Below are positions 39,918-52,600 of a stretch of 64,000 nucleotides of DNA, in pieces (the first letter of the stretch is position 1; every line of letters begins with the position of its first letter). The notes beneath the pieces are model-generated. The model was not told the origin of the DNA. It ran no database searches and saw only the letters and a program-made list of their open reading frames with translations. The translations under genes and the position numbers were made by a program. The stretch is from NCBI GenBank assembly GCA_904063045.1, contig CAJFCJ010000022.1:558001-622000 (forward strand). Direction: 5' to 3'. Source of the DNA: Dimorphilus gyrociliatus. Lineage: Eukaryota; Animalia; Annelida.

Positions 39918-40306
39918 CACCGTAGTTAACGCACTTTTTGTTTCTCCCCCGCTCTCTCTTTCTTTTTACGACTGCAAAATGAATGTGAGTGTAATGGAGA
40001 GAAAAAAGATATTCTAATTATCTTTCAAGAGTACACAGGACTCCTCGGAACAAGAATTGGTCGAATTATAAATCTCTAGATCTCTCTCTTTCTCTCTTAA
40101 ATTTTATTTGATATTTTATGTTTATTATAAAAATATATCAGGGTAATAAATATTTAATCAACTATATCATAATTATTAGTATTTCAATTATACTGTAGCG
40201 TCTATATAGCGGCGTTAGTTTAGTTGAAATTGTCAGTAGAGCTAACCTATCTGCGCTTTGATTGGCAAAAGAATTGAAAAGAGTGTAAAATTCCTTGTTT
40301 ACAATC

Positions 40307-42187
40307 ATGTTAGAGTTTCGTGTCCTTGCTGTTATTATTTTTGGATGTTTTGAGGTTCTACTCGGAGGTTTGGGCTTAGGTTGGCCAAGTTTAGTGTATA
40401 TGCTGAAGCACGAAGGTTTCTTTATCGAAAAATGCTCTAGTAACTCGACCATTCTTGAAGTCAATTGCAAAGAACGCGATACGGCCTTTAATCTCGTATT
40501 CTCCGTATCAATGGGATTAGCAGGATTTGGAGGACTTTTTTCTGGTTTTATTCTCGATAAATTTGGTTTATTCTGGTCGAGAATTAGTCAATTGTAAGAG
40601 TTTATTTACATTTTCGTTAAATCATATTTATTTCATACTTAATCAAAGTATTATATCATCTCTTTCAGTCTTCCGCTTTTATTGTGTTACGGTCTTCTCA
40701 GTTCCAGAATAGGTAGTTACATTCTTCAGTTACTCTTCCTTACTTTTTTAGTAGATGTATTCTTCAACAGTCAACGGCTCCCTTCTCTTTATAAGCATCA
40801 TTTCGTTGAATTTCTCTAATATACAAATTTTGAACAATTCTACCGTTTTGGCTAATCTCGTTCCACAATATAAAAGTATAATAATTTCAATATTCTCTTG
40901 TATGTTCAACACGTCGATTGCGGTTGCGGACGTAATAAAGGTTATATTATGTAATTTACCTATGTAAATGATACAAATACCGCTATAAACATATTTTAGA
41001 TTATCTACGAAAGAGGAATTGAAATGTACAAGATATTTTTGTTTCTTTCCGGTATTACGGTTATCCAATTAACGGCAAGCGGACTTTTGATGCCTTACAA
41101 TAAACCTTTGGATGAAAATTTTGAAACTTTAATTGAAAAGTTTCAGAAGAAAAAGGACAGTGTTCCAGATTTGGCGATAGGTATGCGTCAAGCGTGCCAA
41201 TCTACTCTGGAGATAGGTAATTACTATTTATTCTAAAAAAAGTATGACCTACTTATAAGAGAGATGTACAGTATATTAAATTGCCTTTTTACAGTTTCAG
41301 TAACTGCCGTGAAGAAAGATAAATTTTTGGATTTTAGAAACTTTTTACAACATTTCAAGAAACAAAAGAAGAAATTAAGAGAAACTTTAAGCAATAAATT
41401 ATATTTACTTACAGTCATGTTCGAAGCTGTAAATCATTTGAATGTAATCTATTATATAAGCTCTTTGAACTCGGTTATTGAAGATATGGCAGATAACAAT
41501 TCAGAATTAGGTAGGTTCTAAGCAATCTCTGCTTTATTCAAAACTTGACTCTTGCCTCTTAATAAAACTATTCTATTCCATCTTACTTTCAATCACAGTT
41601 AGCTGGCATATATCACTCTTCTCCTATATTCAATACGCTAATGTAATAGTTGCCTTGTTCATTGGATGGATTATAGAAAAAGCCGACAAATCGAACAATA
41701 GATTCGCTTTTTCGTTGATGACACTCGTCTGCATAATTTCTGGATCTTCAATTGTATTAATTGTAACAATTAAGGTACTAAACCTGCAGGTTGTCGGATA
41801 TTTTGGTTTTCTTTTAGCGCGTATATTGACCTATTCATTGCCACCAGTTATCTTCCTTAGATGGTTTGTATTGTATCTTTTGCCTGCCTTTTAACTTAGC
41901 TTTTATTCGATATTTCTAATAAAAAACTTAGGTTGGACAATGAACATTTTGGTATGGCTATGGGCTCTTGTCAAGTTATACTGAGTGCCTTCGGTCTGAT
42001 GGCTAATCCCTTGTATCGGCTCAACGTCGAAGTATTTCGAAAGAATAACTTGTATTCTACTCTTGCAATGCTTGGAATTTTATCGTTTTCCCTACCTCTG
42101 CCTTTCTATCTCATTTATAGAAAGAAAAGAGAAGTTAACGAAGATTATAACTTTGGAAAGGAGGTCAAGCCTTCTTATTCAAATTGA
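40307..42187 (+). CDS. SLC43-family (LAT3/LAT4/SLC43A3-like) MFS transporter
   Basis: GWPSLVYMLKHEGFF...C...FNLVF...G.ILDKFG N-terminal pattern, multiple TM exons, HFGMAMG near the C-terminus. ATG at 40307. Confidence 0.85.
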
Positions 42188-42667
42188 TCACGACTTTTGA
42201 ATGAGTAAAGAGATTGAAAACGACATGTGTACTTATATGAACGCAGCAGAATGTATAGAATGGAATATATAGAATAAAATAATTATTCAAATAAACGCCT
42301 TTAATTTGACTTCTTTCCATGAATAAATTATGATTAATTAACTTCCTTTATTACTCTCTTCTTTCTATTTTATCATTTCCGCTCTGTTTATCTAAAAGCG
42401 CTGAAAAAGTCATTTCTTTTTTTCAACTTTGAATTTTATAGATCAATGACTTGAAAAGAAAACGTATTTGTTTATTGTTCAAACTATATATAGATATACA
42501 CGAAACTTGATGGCCACTTTCAACGTTACATATAGTCACATCAACAATTTCATTAAACATGGGAGAAAACAGAAGTTTTAATGAGAATAAAACATCTGTA
42601 AGAGCGCAAAGTCTAATTTAGATTTTAAATAAAACTGGCAAACAGGCTTCTCATTCGAGAAACAACC

Positions 42668-44485
42668 ATGAAAATTCGTATTGTTCTGCTGGTTATTTCC
42701 TTAATCTCCTTTTCGTATGGAGAAAGGAAATCGTACAAGGGGTATAGTTAATTCTAATAGTTTTATTTGACACCTTGACAAACTGTCTTCTCTTTATAAA
42801 TTTCTAGTTATAAAATAGTTAAGGTTATTCCAAGCGATCAGCAACATCTAGAATGGTTAAAGGATGTTTACAAACAGGAAAAGGTTAATTGAAAAAGCAA
42901 CAAATAAACAAAAAATAAAAAATAAGATATCAGAATCAAATATTTTTCTTTCTCTTCGAAAGGTTGATTTCCTAATTGAACCTTCGGTTAAAGGTGTCCC
43001 ATGCGAAGTTCTGTTGTCGCCTCAACAACAAATTCCCTTCGAAAGAAGCTTGAACACTTTCAACTTTCAGTACGAAGAATCTAATGCAGATGTTGAAAGG
43101 TAAACAAAACTCGCCTATATTTATTCATCCTTCTATTGGTTGTGACCTATATTTTTAGCCCATTTCTTGTTATTCTTTAATTAAATAGCGACCTCCAGAC
43201 TCTTTGGTCTCGTTTGGATAATAATAAAAATTTTAATTTGGACGATTTCAACGACTTTGACACAATTATGGACGGTTTAGATGAAATGCAGTCCAGATGT
43301 CCAAATGGTGCTTCTTGTAGTATTAGAAGCATTGGTAATTCGCATGAAGGAAGGCTGCAAAAAGTTTTCGAGGTATCTAAATCTCTTTTCATTTTAATCA
43401 CTTAATTCCTTTTATTAAAACTCTTTCCTAACGTCAACTACTAGTTGACCAAAGAAGGCAATGGTAGAAAAATTATCTGGATTGATTCTGCTATTCATGC
43501 TCGTGAATGGCTCTCTGCCGCAACTGTTCTCAATATTTTAAATACCGTAAACTCTACAATAATCATCTATATTTTTCTTTATACTTAAACTCTGTTAACC
43601 TATCCGACAGTTGATTGAACAAAGCGATCAAGATGCTATTAACTTGTTCAACAAATACGACTTTTACTTTCTTCCAGTTGTAAATCCTGATGGGTACCAA
43701 TATACTTTCGACTATGTCTGTTGACCTTTACCTTACAAAACTTTTGCAAAATATTTTTTCTTATTATTGAAATTAAAGGATAGATTCTGGAGAAAAAATC
43801 GTCGCCAAAATCCTGGAGGATGCTTCGGAATAGATTTAAATAGAAATTACGATAGTAGATGGGGTACCGATGGCGTCTCCACCAACCCTTGTTCCCAAAC
43901 TTACCCTGGAGCTTCTGTAGCCTCCGAGAGGGAAACCGTTAATGTTCAGAATGAAGCTCTAAGAATTGGTTCAAATACTTTAGCTTGGATCACAACTCAT
44001 ACATTTGGACAGATGGTCTTAACTCCATTTTCATATACCGAAGATGGAATTTGCTACAGATCCGACGATTATGCTGAATTGGTTGGTATTAGTATTTACT
44101 TTACGTATAAAATGTCTACAATTTATCGACTATCATGATAAACATTATAGAAAAGGTCAGCTGACGCCTTTGCTAACGGAATTGAGGAAGTCTACGGAAC
44201 AAGTTGGGTTAGAGGATCGTTTTGCGAAGTTCTATGTAAGATTCAAAGACAATTTTCAATTGATAAAGCCAACTACTTTTGCTATCGATCGTTTTAGATC
44301 CTGGATCTGGTACCCTTGTAGACTACGTTAAGGAAAAAGCAGGTGTAAAATATTCCTACACACCAGAGTTGAGGGGTCCCGGTTTTGATCCATCTAGAGA
44401 TCAAATTCAACCAAGTTATAATGAATTTTGGAATGGCTTCAAGAAACTGATTGCTGAAATCGAAGCAATTGAAGGACTTAATTGA
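42668..44485 (+). CDS. M14A metallocarboxypeptidase (CPA-like), prepro-enzyme
   Basis: Signal peptide MKIRIVLLVISL, pro-domain, DSAIHAREW, NPDGY, WRKNRR, DLNRNY, THTFGQ, SGTLVDY (Val at the 255-equivalent position), YTPELRG. Confidence 0.93.
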
Positions 44486-44733
44486 GGATTCGAGATATTC
44501 AAATTAAACAAGAGCTTAATTCCTACATCCGTCTAATATTCTTTAATTTTAAATATAAATTGAACTTAAAACAACAAAATTTGAAATAAAAAAAAAAGGA
44601 ATTCTCAGCTCAATAAATTCCTTATCAACAGTAAACAAATAAACAGTCATAGTTTAAAAATTATTCTCTCTTTATCAAAAATAGAGCCGACTGGACTAGT
44701 ATATCACGCTCCGAGAAAAATCTCAGAACTAAA

Positions 44734-47634
44734 TTACCATAATTCGGGATGGATCTCACGTTCTTCACTGTCATCTGCATCAAATGAGGTGCTAGCATTA
44801 TGCGGTCCCGAAGTACTGTTGTCAATTAAATTATTCGATTTAAATAGCAGAAAATAACAAATAGATTTTAAGATTTAGCAAGCATTTTTAAAAATTTTAG
44901 AAAGCATTTAGTTTTAATGAAATTATTAACCTAGATATTCAACAACTTACTTAAAAATTAATTTCAATAAATCAGGATCAAAATTCTTTCCTGCAGTACA
45001 AATGTCAACACTAGCCGTTTGACTATCAGTTTCTTTCTCGATGATACCCGCTCCTCTTACTCTCTCAAACAGTGTTAAATCATTATGCGTCTTTTTGTAG
45101 ATTTTTTCATCAATTGTTTCAACAACATAATTTTTTTTAGGGAGTTTTTGAGATATAAATCCTTCTTTCCAAATAAACTTTCCATCGTCTTTACAACTTA
45201 TCCACACAGATTCATAAAGCTGAAAAGATCTTCTATGAATTCGTTTACTTGCTTTCGATTTGGGAGAAGAGGAATTATTTAACACAGGTGATTCTTTCTT
45301 TTTTCTCTCCGAAATTGGCTATTGTGTAAACAACGATAATTGATCACCTATAGTTAATAAGTAAACTTTAATTTTTAGCTTACATTGGTCTTTATTTTTC
45401 TCTCAACTTTAATTTTTGAAATCTCGCATCTTCCATTGAGTTTAATGGGACTTTTGACTGTTTCAAAATTGTGATTGTTATTTTAACCAAACCCTTCATA
45501 ACAAATAAATTTTAGGCACCTTTAAGTTTGTCTTTCTTTATCTTTTCTGGGCTTTTCTTATTCAGGATTTGAATTGCTTTCTTTAATTTTAAGGCAGGTT
45601 TAGATAATGAGGCCTTCTTTAATAAGGTAGGACTGTTAGATTTTTTCACTGGAGATTTAATTGTCTTTTCCTAAAACATAATAAAATTTTATAAAATGTT
45701 GAAATCTTACTTTACTTTCAAATTTACTTAATGATATAACTTAAAACTTACGTGAGCCGTTTCTCCGTTAATAAATTGTTTCCTTTTCTTCTGATGTTCT
45801 TTTTGAAACTATTCATATAATATATATTTACATTAGTAAATGATTATTCTTTTATTATGACTGTCTAATACCTTCTTTAACAAAGATATTTGTTCCTTCT
45901 ATTTAAGAAAAAAAGGAATATTAATAAAAATAAATCCAACTCAAAAAAAAGTTATTCCTACCTCGCAAAATTCGTTAAGTTGGCGAAATCTTTTAGGAGG
46001 CTAAAAGAAGAAGTTTTCGTTTTTATTTCAATAAATTAAAGAGAAAGTAATTATAACATATATTTTTAATATCCAAATAATCTATACAAGTATATATATA
46101 CTGTATATATACACAACACATACAAACCAATGTATAGATTGCTGATATACAACCAATAATTTTAGGTTTAACTTACTAGGATATTGCGTCTATATCTTGA
46201 AGTCTTTGACGGATCCAAAAGCTGTTTGAAAACATTACATAATAAAGTTGTAAAAATAATGTGCTAATTATAATTAAATAATTTGCCAGATAAAGAGTTT
46301 TACCTTAGATCCTTTTCTCGGTGATCTTTCATTTTTTAAACGAACATTCTTATGCTTTACTATGAGATCACTAATTTGACTTTTTAATTCTTTACTTTTG
46401 ACCACTCTTCTCTTTTTAACATTTGATGTTTTAAACTCTGTTTTAAAATTGTTTTCTTCCCTTTTTCGTTTTAGAAGTGTTTTCTTCAGCCTGTTGTCCT
46501 TAAGGAGGTCGGAATGATTAATTTTCATATTTAGATTTATTCGCTTTTTATTCACAGTCTCTAATCTTTTATTTCGATGCTTAAGCAAAATTTCTTTATT
46601 TTTTTCACCTTCTAATTTTAAGGGACTTTTCTTTGGGGATTTGTCTGAATTTAAATTTAAGTCTTTCTTTTTTGCTTTATAAGCTTTAGTGGTGTTTAAT
46701 GGCTTTTTTGTTGTATTATTATTGGATTTCCTCTTTCTGTTGTTACCATCTTTTTCATTAGACTGTCCTTTATTATCTTCTATAACCGTTTCTGTCTCTT
46801 TAGCTTCTTTGCGACGTCGAGGTCCTCTTCTCGTTATTTCATTTTCGCTATTCGCATTCGAGCATTTCGAATTCACTACATCTTTATCCGGCTTACTCTT
46901 AGTAACGGTCTTGTTCTCCTTATTAAATTCTTTCTTTGATCCATTTACAAGCTTTTTCCTACCCCTTTTCGCTGGTTTTATCGAATCAGTATTGTTTAAT
47001 CGCGAAGTTTTATTATTAGTGGTTTTCTTTTGACGTTTATTCTTATCAGGGTTAGCTTCTATTTTATTTTTCACGTTCTTTTTGGAATGTTTATTTTTCT
47101 CTTTCGCAAAATTGCTCTCTCGAACAGGTTTTATTGATTTTACAGTTTCCTGTACGTGAAATTGATATTTTAATTTCAATTTTATTGCAAAATTTAAAAA
47201 AACAAAATTCTAAATTCATCTATTGAAATAAATAATTAAAGATTTCTCTATTATTTGTAAAATATTAGTTAAATTAATTTTAACTCCAAAAATATAGAAG
47301 AGAATCCGAAATAATTGAATAATTTTTGTAAAACGCATTGAAAATACTATAGGGTGCATTATATATTTTTAAAGAATAGTTTTGTAAAAAACAACAAGTT
47401 TAATTTAGAATTTTTAAGAGAATAACAAATGCTTAAGATATAAAGAAAACAATATTTACATTCTTCTTGGCGATTTTGCTTCTTTGAGTCCCCTTTGAAA
47501 TTTTACTGTCACCGTTCTATTCCAGCAGAAAGAGCGATAATGTAAGAGAAAAGTAACTGCTAATGGAAGAAAATACGTACCGATATGGGTTTCCGAGTCG
47601 TGGTTTTAAGACGCGGCTTCTTTTTAGCTGTCAT
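44734..47634 (-). CDS. About 599-aa lysine-rich basic protein with a C-terminal SH3/Tudor-like beta-barrel; function unknown
   Basis: Hand-built 11-exon model with all GT-AG junctions in frame: 47634-47581, 47516-47460, 47149-46304, 46221-46177, 46000-45962, 45898-45872, 45808-45752, 45670-45520, 45457-45384, 45318-44951, 44815-44734 (1800 nt). Confidence 0.75.
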
Positions 47635-48826
47635 TAATTTTGAGAGTATTTTTTCGTCGCCAAATTTCACCGGTGAATGGATCTTTTAAAGATTTTCTTG
47701 GAAAAATCAAAGCCGCTCTAGCGCGGAGAACATTCCTCTACCGGATACGGATACATTATGAATTAGCTACCAGTTTATATTTTTTTTTGTTAAAAAAATG
47801 GTGGCAACTTTAAACGGTCAGAGACTATTTTACAAAACTCAATAGATAAAATTGCTTCTTACGCAGTTAAATACAATACACATATGATATAAATACACAA
47901 TTTTTAAAAATGGATTAGATTTTGAAAGATTTTAGTTTATATCTCATTTAAAAATTTGTATAAACATATTATATAATCTTAATCAATATAAATATACAGT
48001 ATATTGCTATTACTATACACTGTTCTATATTTCATTAGATAACGGATCAATATTTCCAGTGCATATTTTGATATAGGATTATATTTGTCTACAATTGGAC
48101 ATTTGTGTGAATCTCTGGTCATTAGAAGAGCCATTAGTTCCCGATTTAACTACAGAGGGCGCTCACTTAAAAAAGCTCCGATTCTCTTGAGATTGGTTGA
48201 AAGGAGATAAATTCGCATGAATATTAATACAAAAAAGCAATATAGGGCATTTGATTGTTTGATGAGTATTTCATAGAGTTTCATTAAATAGGGTTGACTA
48301 GAAAAGAAGAAGGATGATTCATGTCCAGATAGGGATGAGAACGAGGGAGATGGATGGAGATAAAGAGAAAATATTTTAGTGTTACATTTGGCCGTTTATT
48401 GTAAAGAGAGAAAAAAACATAGAGGAATGTTAATTATTATCCATTTAAGCTTTATTTCAATCCGAATTCCCAATACACACGAGTCTTAAGCAATATAATA
48501 AAAAAGCAATCTTATTTCAGCGGCAGTTGGTGTGAACACAAGACAATATCAAAAATGTCACTAATCTATCATCTGGATATGCGGGTAGCATTTTTTTCTA
48601 ACTCTTCATTTCCTCCATCAGCAAATCACTAAGGATTTTGATATTTATTTGCTATTTGGTAATAGGGTTGGGGCAGTGATTTTGTTTTACTCATACTTAC
48701 GAAACGTTTAGTCAAAGCGATATTGACTTTCTTTTCTATCAATTTCGTCGTTTGAATTGAAATAATGAATTCAGAATACAATCGAAGAAAGGGAATGGAG
48801 GAGAAAGGAAGAGGGGAGAGGAGAGG

Positions 48827-48827
<1 letters not shown>

Positions 48828-48861
<34 letters not shown>

Positions 48862-48863
48862 AA
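48828..48863. repeat. (GAAA)9 microsatellite
   Basis: Nine perfect GAAA units within a purine-rich tract. Confidence 0.9.
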
Positions 48864-49568
48864 AGAAGAGAGAAAAAAATGAGGGGAAAATTAGCATATC
48901 CCTAAACGATGCTTAGGTGAGATATTTTACGTTTATAAAACATCAATAAATTAATCGCATACTGGCTAATTACGCGTGTATTAATTTAACGAAATTCTCT
49001 GCGTATCTATCTAATAAAAAACAAGCTGTTCCCTATTTTAAGTAGAATCTAAGGATAAATGTAACGAATAGTTTGTTTTAGCAAGATTTTTATTACCCAA
49101 CGTTAATTTTTCTTTTCTAACGTAGATTCTTTAAATATTTATAATTTTCAAGATTAAGGATATAGTTGATCGGTTTTCAACGGGTTATCTGCTAGAAACA
49201 TAATAAATAAGCCTATTCACTCAACCTTTAACCTAGAACGCTTTATAAAGTATCCTAGTTAGTGATGAATATGTTAAAGAATTCTTTCCTTCCATGTATT
49301 ACAGAAAGATGGAGAGATTTGTAGTAGAAGATAGAGTCTTTTTTCGCATGAATTACCCTAATTTCGCCGTCAAGTAAACACATTAACTACTTCCTTATTC
49401 TCTTAATAATATGAACTCTTTTTCCGCTCAGATTAACATCTCTTAGGCATATAGCCAAGAATTTCGCGTTTTACTCGCCAAAGTATACAAAATCTTCCTT
49501 CTAAAGTTTATTTGGATAGGTGTAAACATCTTTTTCGCCATCTCATTTACATAACAATCATAAATCAA

Positions 49569-49629
49569 CCAATGAACATTTGTCGCTGACATTTGACAAA
49601 CGGTGATTGGTTCGTAAGAGTCACGTGAC
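49569..49629 (+). promoter_or_regulatory. Putative APCDD1 proximal promoter: CCAAT (49569), inverted CCAAT (49606), palindromic GTCACGTGAC E-box (49620-49629)
   Basis: The motifs cluster 25-90 nt upstream of the inferred ATG at 49655. Confidence 0.45.
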
Positions 49630-49654
49630 TCACTTCAAGAGTTTCACTCGAGCA

Positions 49655-52600
49655 ATGGATTTTATGCGTTTGGTATTATTCTTAGGTGAGTTTGAAAAGT
49701 TTATAAACGTAGAAGGATTAATACTGTAATGTGGTATATTCCTCTGAAGAGAATACGTCTGGTTTTTGTTATAACAAAATTTGTACTTTGTCGATAGAAT
49801 TTATCAACAATTTTTTTTTAAATTCACTTTGAAAGAAGAAGAAAATTCTGTAATAACGAAATAATATAACTATTCAGAGAATACATTTAATGTCCCTCTC
49901 TCTCTCTGGTTTCCTTTTCCTCTTATTTCAATTGAAAAGATATATTTATGTATGGAAGATTATTCGTTGTTTTTTTAAGAATAAGCGGGAAAAGAGCAAC
50001 CGAGATAGATAGAGAGAGAGAGAAAACAAGAACATTATAGTTACTTTTACTAATAAATATATAATGTAGAGTAGACTCTATTTAGTAGACATTTTTATCT
50101 CCTTTAATATTATTAAATATGTCAGTAAACACGTTTTAATTCTATAATAAATATTCTTTATCGAAAAGAAAATAAGCTAATGATCTATTCTGTACGGACA
50201 TTTATGAAGTTTTTTTTAGTTGTTACAAGCTGTAGGAAAGTGATAAAGAAATAAAAAACAAGCTCTTTATAAATAAATAGACATAATTATTGATATTTTT
50301 TCTATAAGCGAATAGATACGTTTTTGAAAAGCACCTCTATATGGTATTTATATACACAATAGGAATCTTTTATAATATTGAATTAATGTTAAAAAGTAAC
50401 TTACTAGGAGGTGTGGGTGACTGGGTTGATAACTGGGTGGGTGGTTTATTATTATTGCAATTATTATATAATAGACGTGTTTTAAATGAGCTACCAAAGT
50501 CTTAAACGAGCAGGAAGAAGGAAGAAATTCATTATACGCATCGCCAAATATTTTAACAAGTTGCCGATGATAGAGAAAATCGTAATTTTTAATTGAAAAG
50601 CAAATCTGTTAATAATTCTTTGACAGTAAGATGTTTACGTTTCATTATCTTGGTCAACTTGTGAAATTCAATGTATTCAACGGTTTAAATTATGTAATTA
50701 TTAAGAGTTTGAGAAAAACTCTTATATTAAAAGCTCAACGGGTATGGGGAATGACACTTGTATTAGATCTACTAGGGTAGACAATAATACGTAATTGGTT
50801 ACATACCCGCATTCATTACTCTTAGGGCGTGCGTGCGTGTACGTGCTTGATTGAATAGTCTTTTGATAAATTGTTACAATGTATAGTATTGAATTTATAT
50901 ACTTTAATTTAATTGATTAGATCTGTACGCAAAGTTGTAATAATGTTGTTAATAATCTATTCTTTTTCTCTTCTTTCCCCTTCCGGTTCAAACAACAAAC
51001 AGTATGCTTTTTTACGGCTCCGTTGACGGCTAAAAAAGATGCGTGCTCACCGATTCTCAACAGAATTTATCACGGAAACATAGAAGAGGTGACAAAAACC
51101 GCACTCGAAGGAGAATGGACGTCGGACAGGTATTATTCTCACCCCCCATATTCGTTCTCTCTACGCCTCCGTTCTTCCTTTTAGCAATATAACCGATCAT
51201 TAGTTAGACCCCTCTATTCAAGAGAAGTGGTTTTTTTCTCTCTTTTTCTTAATTTATCATAAAACTGGTTAAACTTTGGTGTCGGAATAGAAAAAAGGCT
51301 TTGAAAAAAACCTATAATTTACCCTAAACTTCCATAATCATTGAACGATTTAAAGTTTTTTATTCCTCTAAACGACGTTAAAATCGCCCTTTGCTAAATT
51401 AAGAATACAATAAAAAAGTATTGAGCGCATTCTTGAAAGCGTTCCATTAGAGGATATAATATTTAGAAGACTTGTAGCTTTCAATGCACCCGCATCGAGT
51501 CGTAAATTGACTTTGACGTTTCGAAGGCGATTCGAACGGAATAGCAAGCATGCGGAAGAATGGATAAGATACGGATTAGAGATAAGAAGGAATCGATTTT
51601 GTTTACACGAAATACTGTTAGAACCATTTCTGAGAGATTTCATCCAAACACAGATAAAATAAATGCAAATTGTTAAGGTAAGATAGTATTTCCCTATCCC
51701 TGTGGGCCAAACTTTCCCAGATCCTTCTTCGCCCTCTTTGATAAAACAAACCTAATCCAAGGAACGAGAAGAGTTTTTAGCAAATTTGTATAGGAATTTG
51801 TTACTTTTACAACCGATAAAAGGGTTTTTCAACACCATATATAATCAGGCGTAATAACCGTTAGATCTATTCATTTGGATCTCAATTTAACCATTGATCT
51901 TTCGTTTAGTTTTCACTCAATAGATTTTATATATATATAGTATATAACAGTCTCCAGGATACAGCTATTGATAGATATATACTTTCTTTTAGTGGTTAGA
52001 ATTTAAAAGTATAAAAAATAAATAAATAAACAGTGTGAAATATCAATCACAATCTGTTTTGGCACTTCAAAGGAAATTTCGTACGGCAAGGCGTCCACGG
52101 AACGATGAATCTCCGATAAGATAAAAAAATATTTTACTGTTACTTAATGTAACTGATATTTATTCCTTTTTTAAAACTCAATCAATTTAAAAAAAAGGGA
52201 ACAGGAAGAGAGCAAGAGGCTGTCTCCGTTATCTTTGTTCAAGCGTAATTCATCTTCATACCCCAGATTTTCAAACAGAGAGCTCTCTTCAAGCATGAGG
52301 TTAAAGTTCATTGAACAATTAGGACAGTGAATGAAACGGATCGAAATTAATTTGAAATGTTTTCAGTTTATCTCGGTGAAAATGAGGTAATAAATCAGAA
52401 AATAGCAAATTATTTGCTAGAGGGCAATGACACCAGAGGGAGATATTTTCCAACTAGCTTTTCCTTTGACTAATTTTGCGTAAGGGTTAAAAGAAATAAA
52501 GAGGAGAGTAGGAGGAGAGAGAGAGAGAGAGAAGGATAGAGAGAAGAAACGAGTGAACAAATAGAGAACGAAAAAAAGTTAATTATCGTAAAAATAATAA

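Noticed and set aside
46689-47033. Hydrophobic F/L/V-rich + strand ORF that looks like a membrane protein
   Set aside because: It is the reverse complement of lysine (AAA/AAG) codons in the minus-strand gene.
51528-51538. GTTCGAATC B-box/T-loop-like motif on the minus strand
   Set aside because: The flanks do not form a T-stem or cloverleaf and there is no A-box. I found no tRNA or rRNA genes anywhere in the window.
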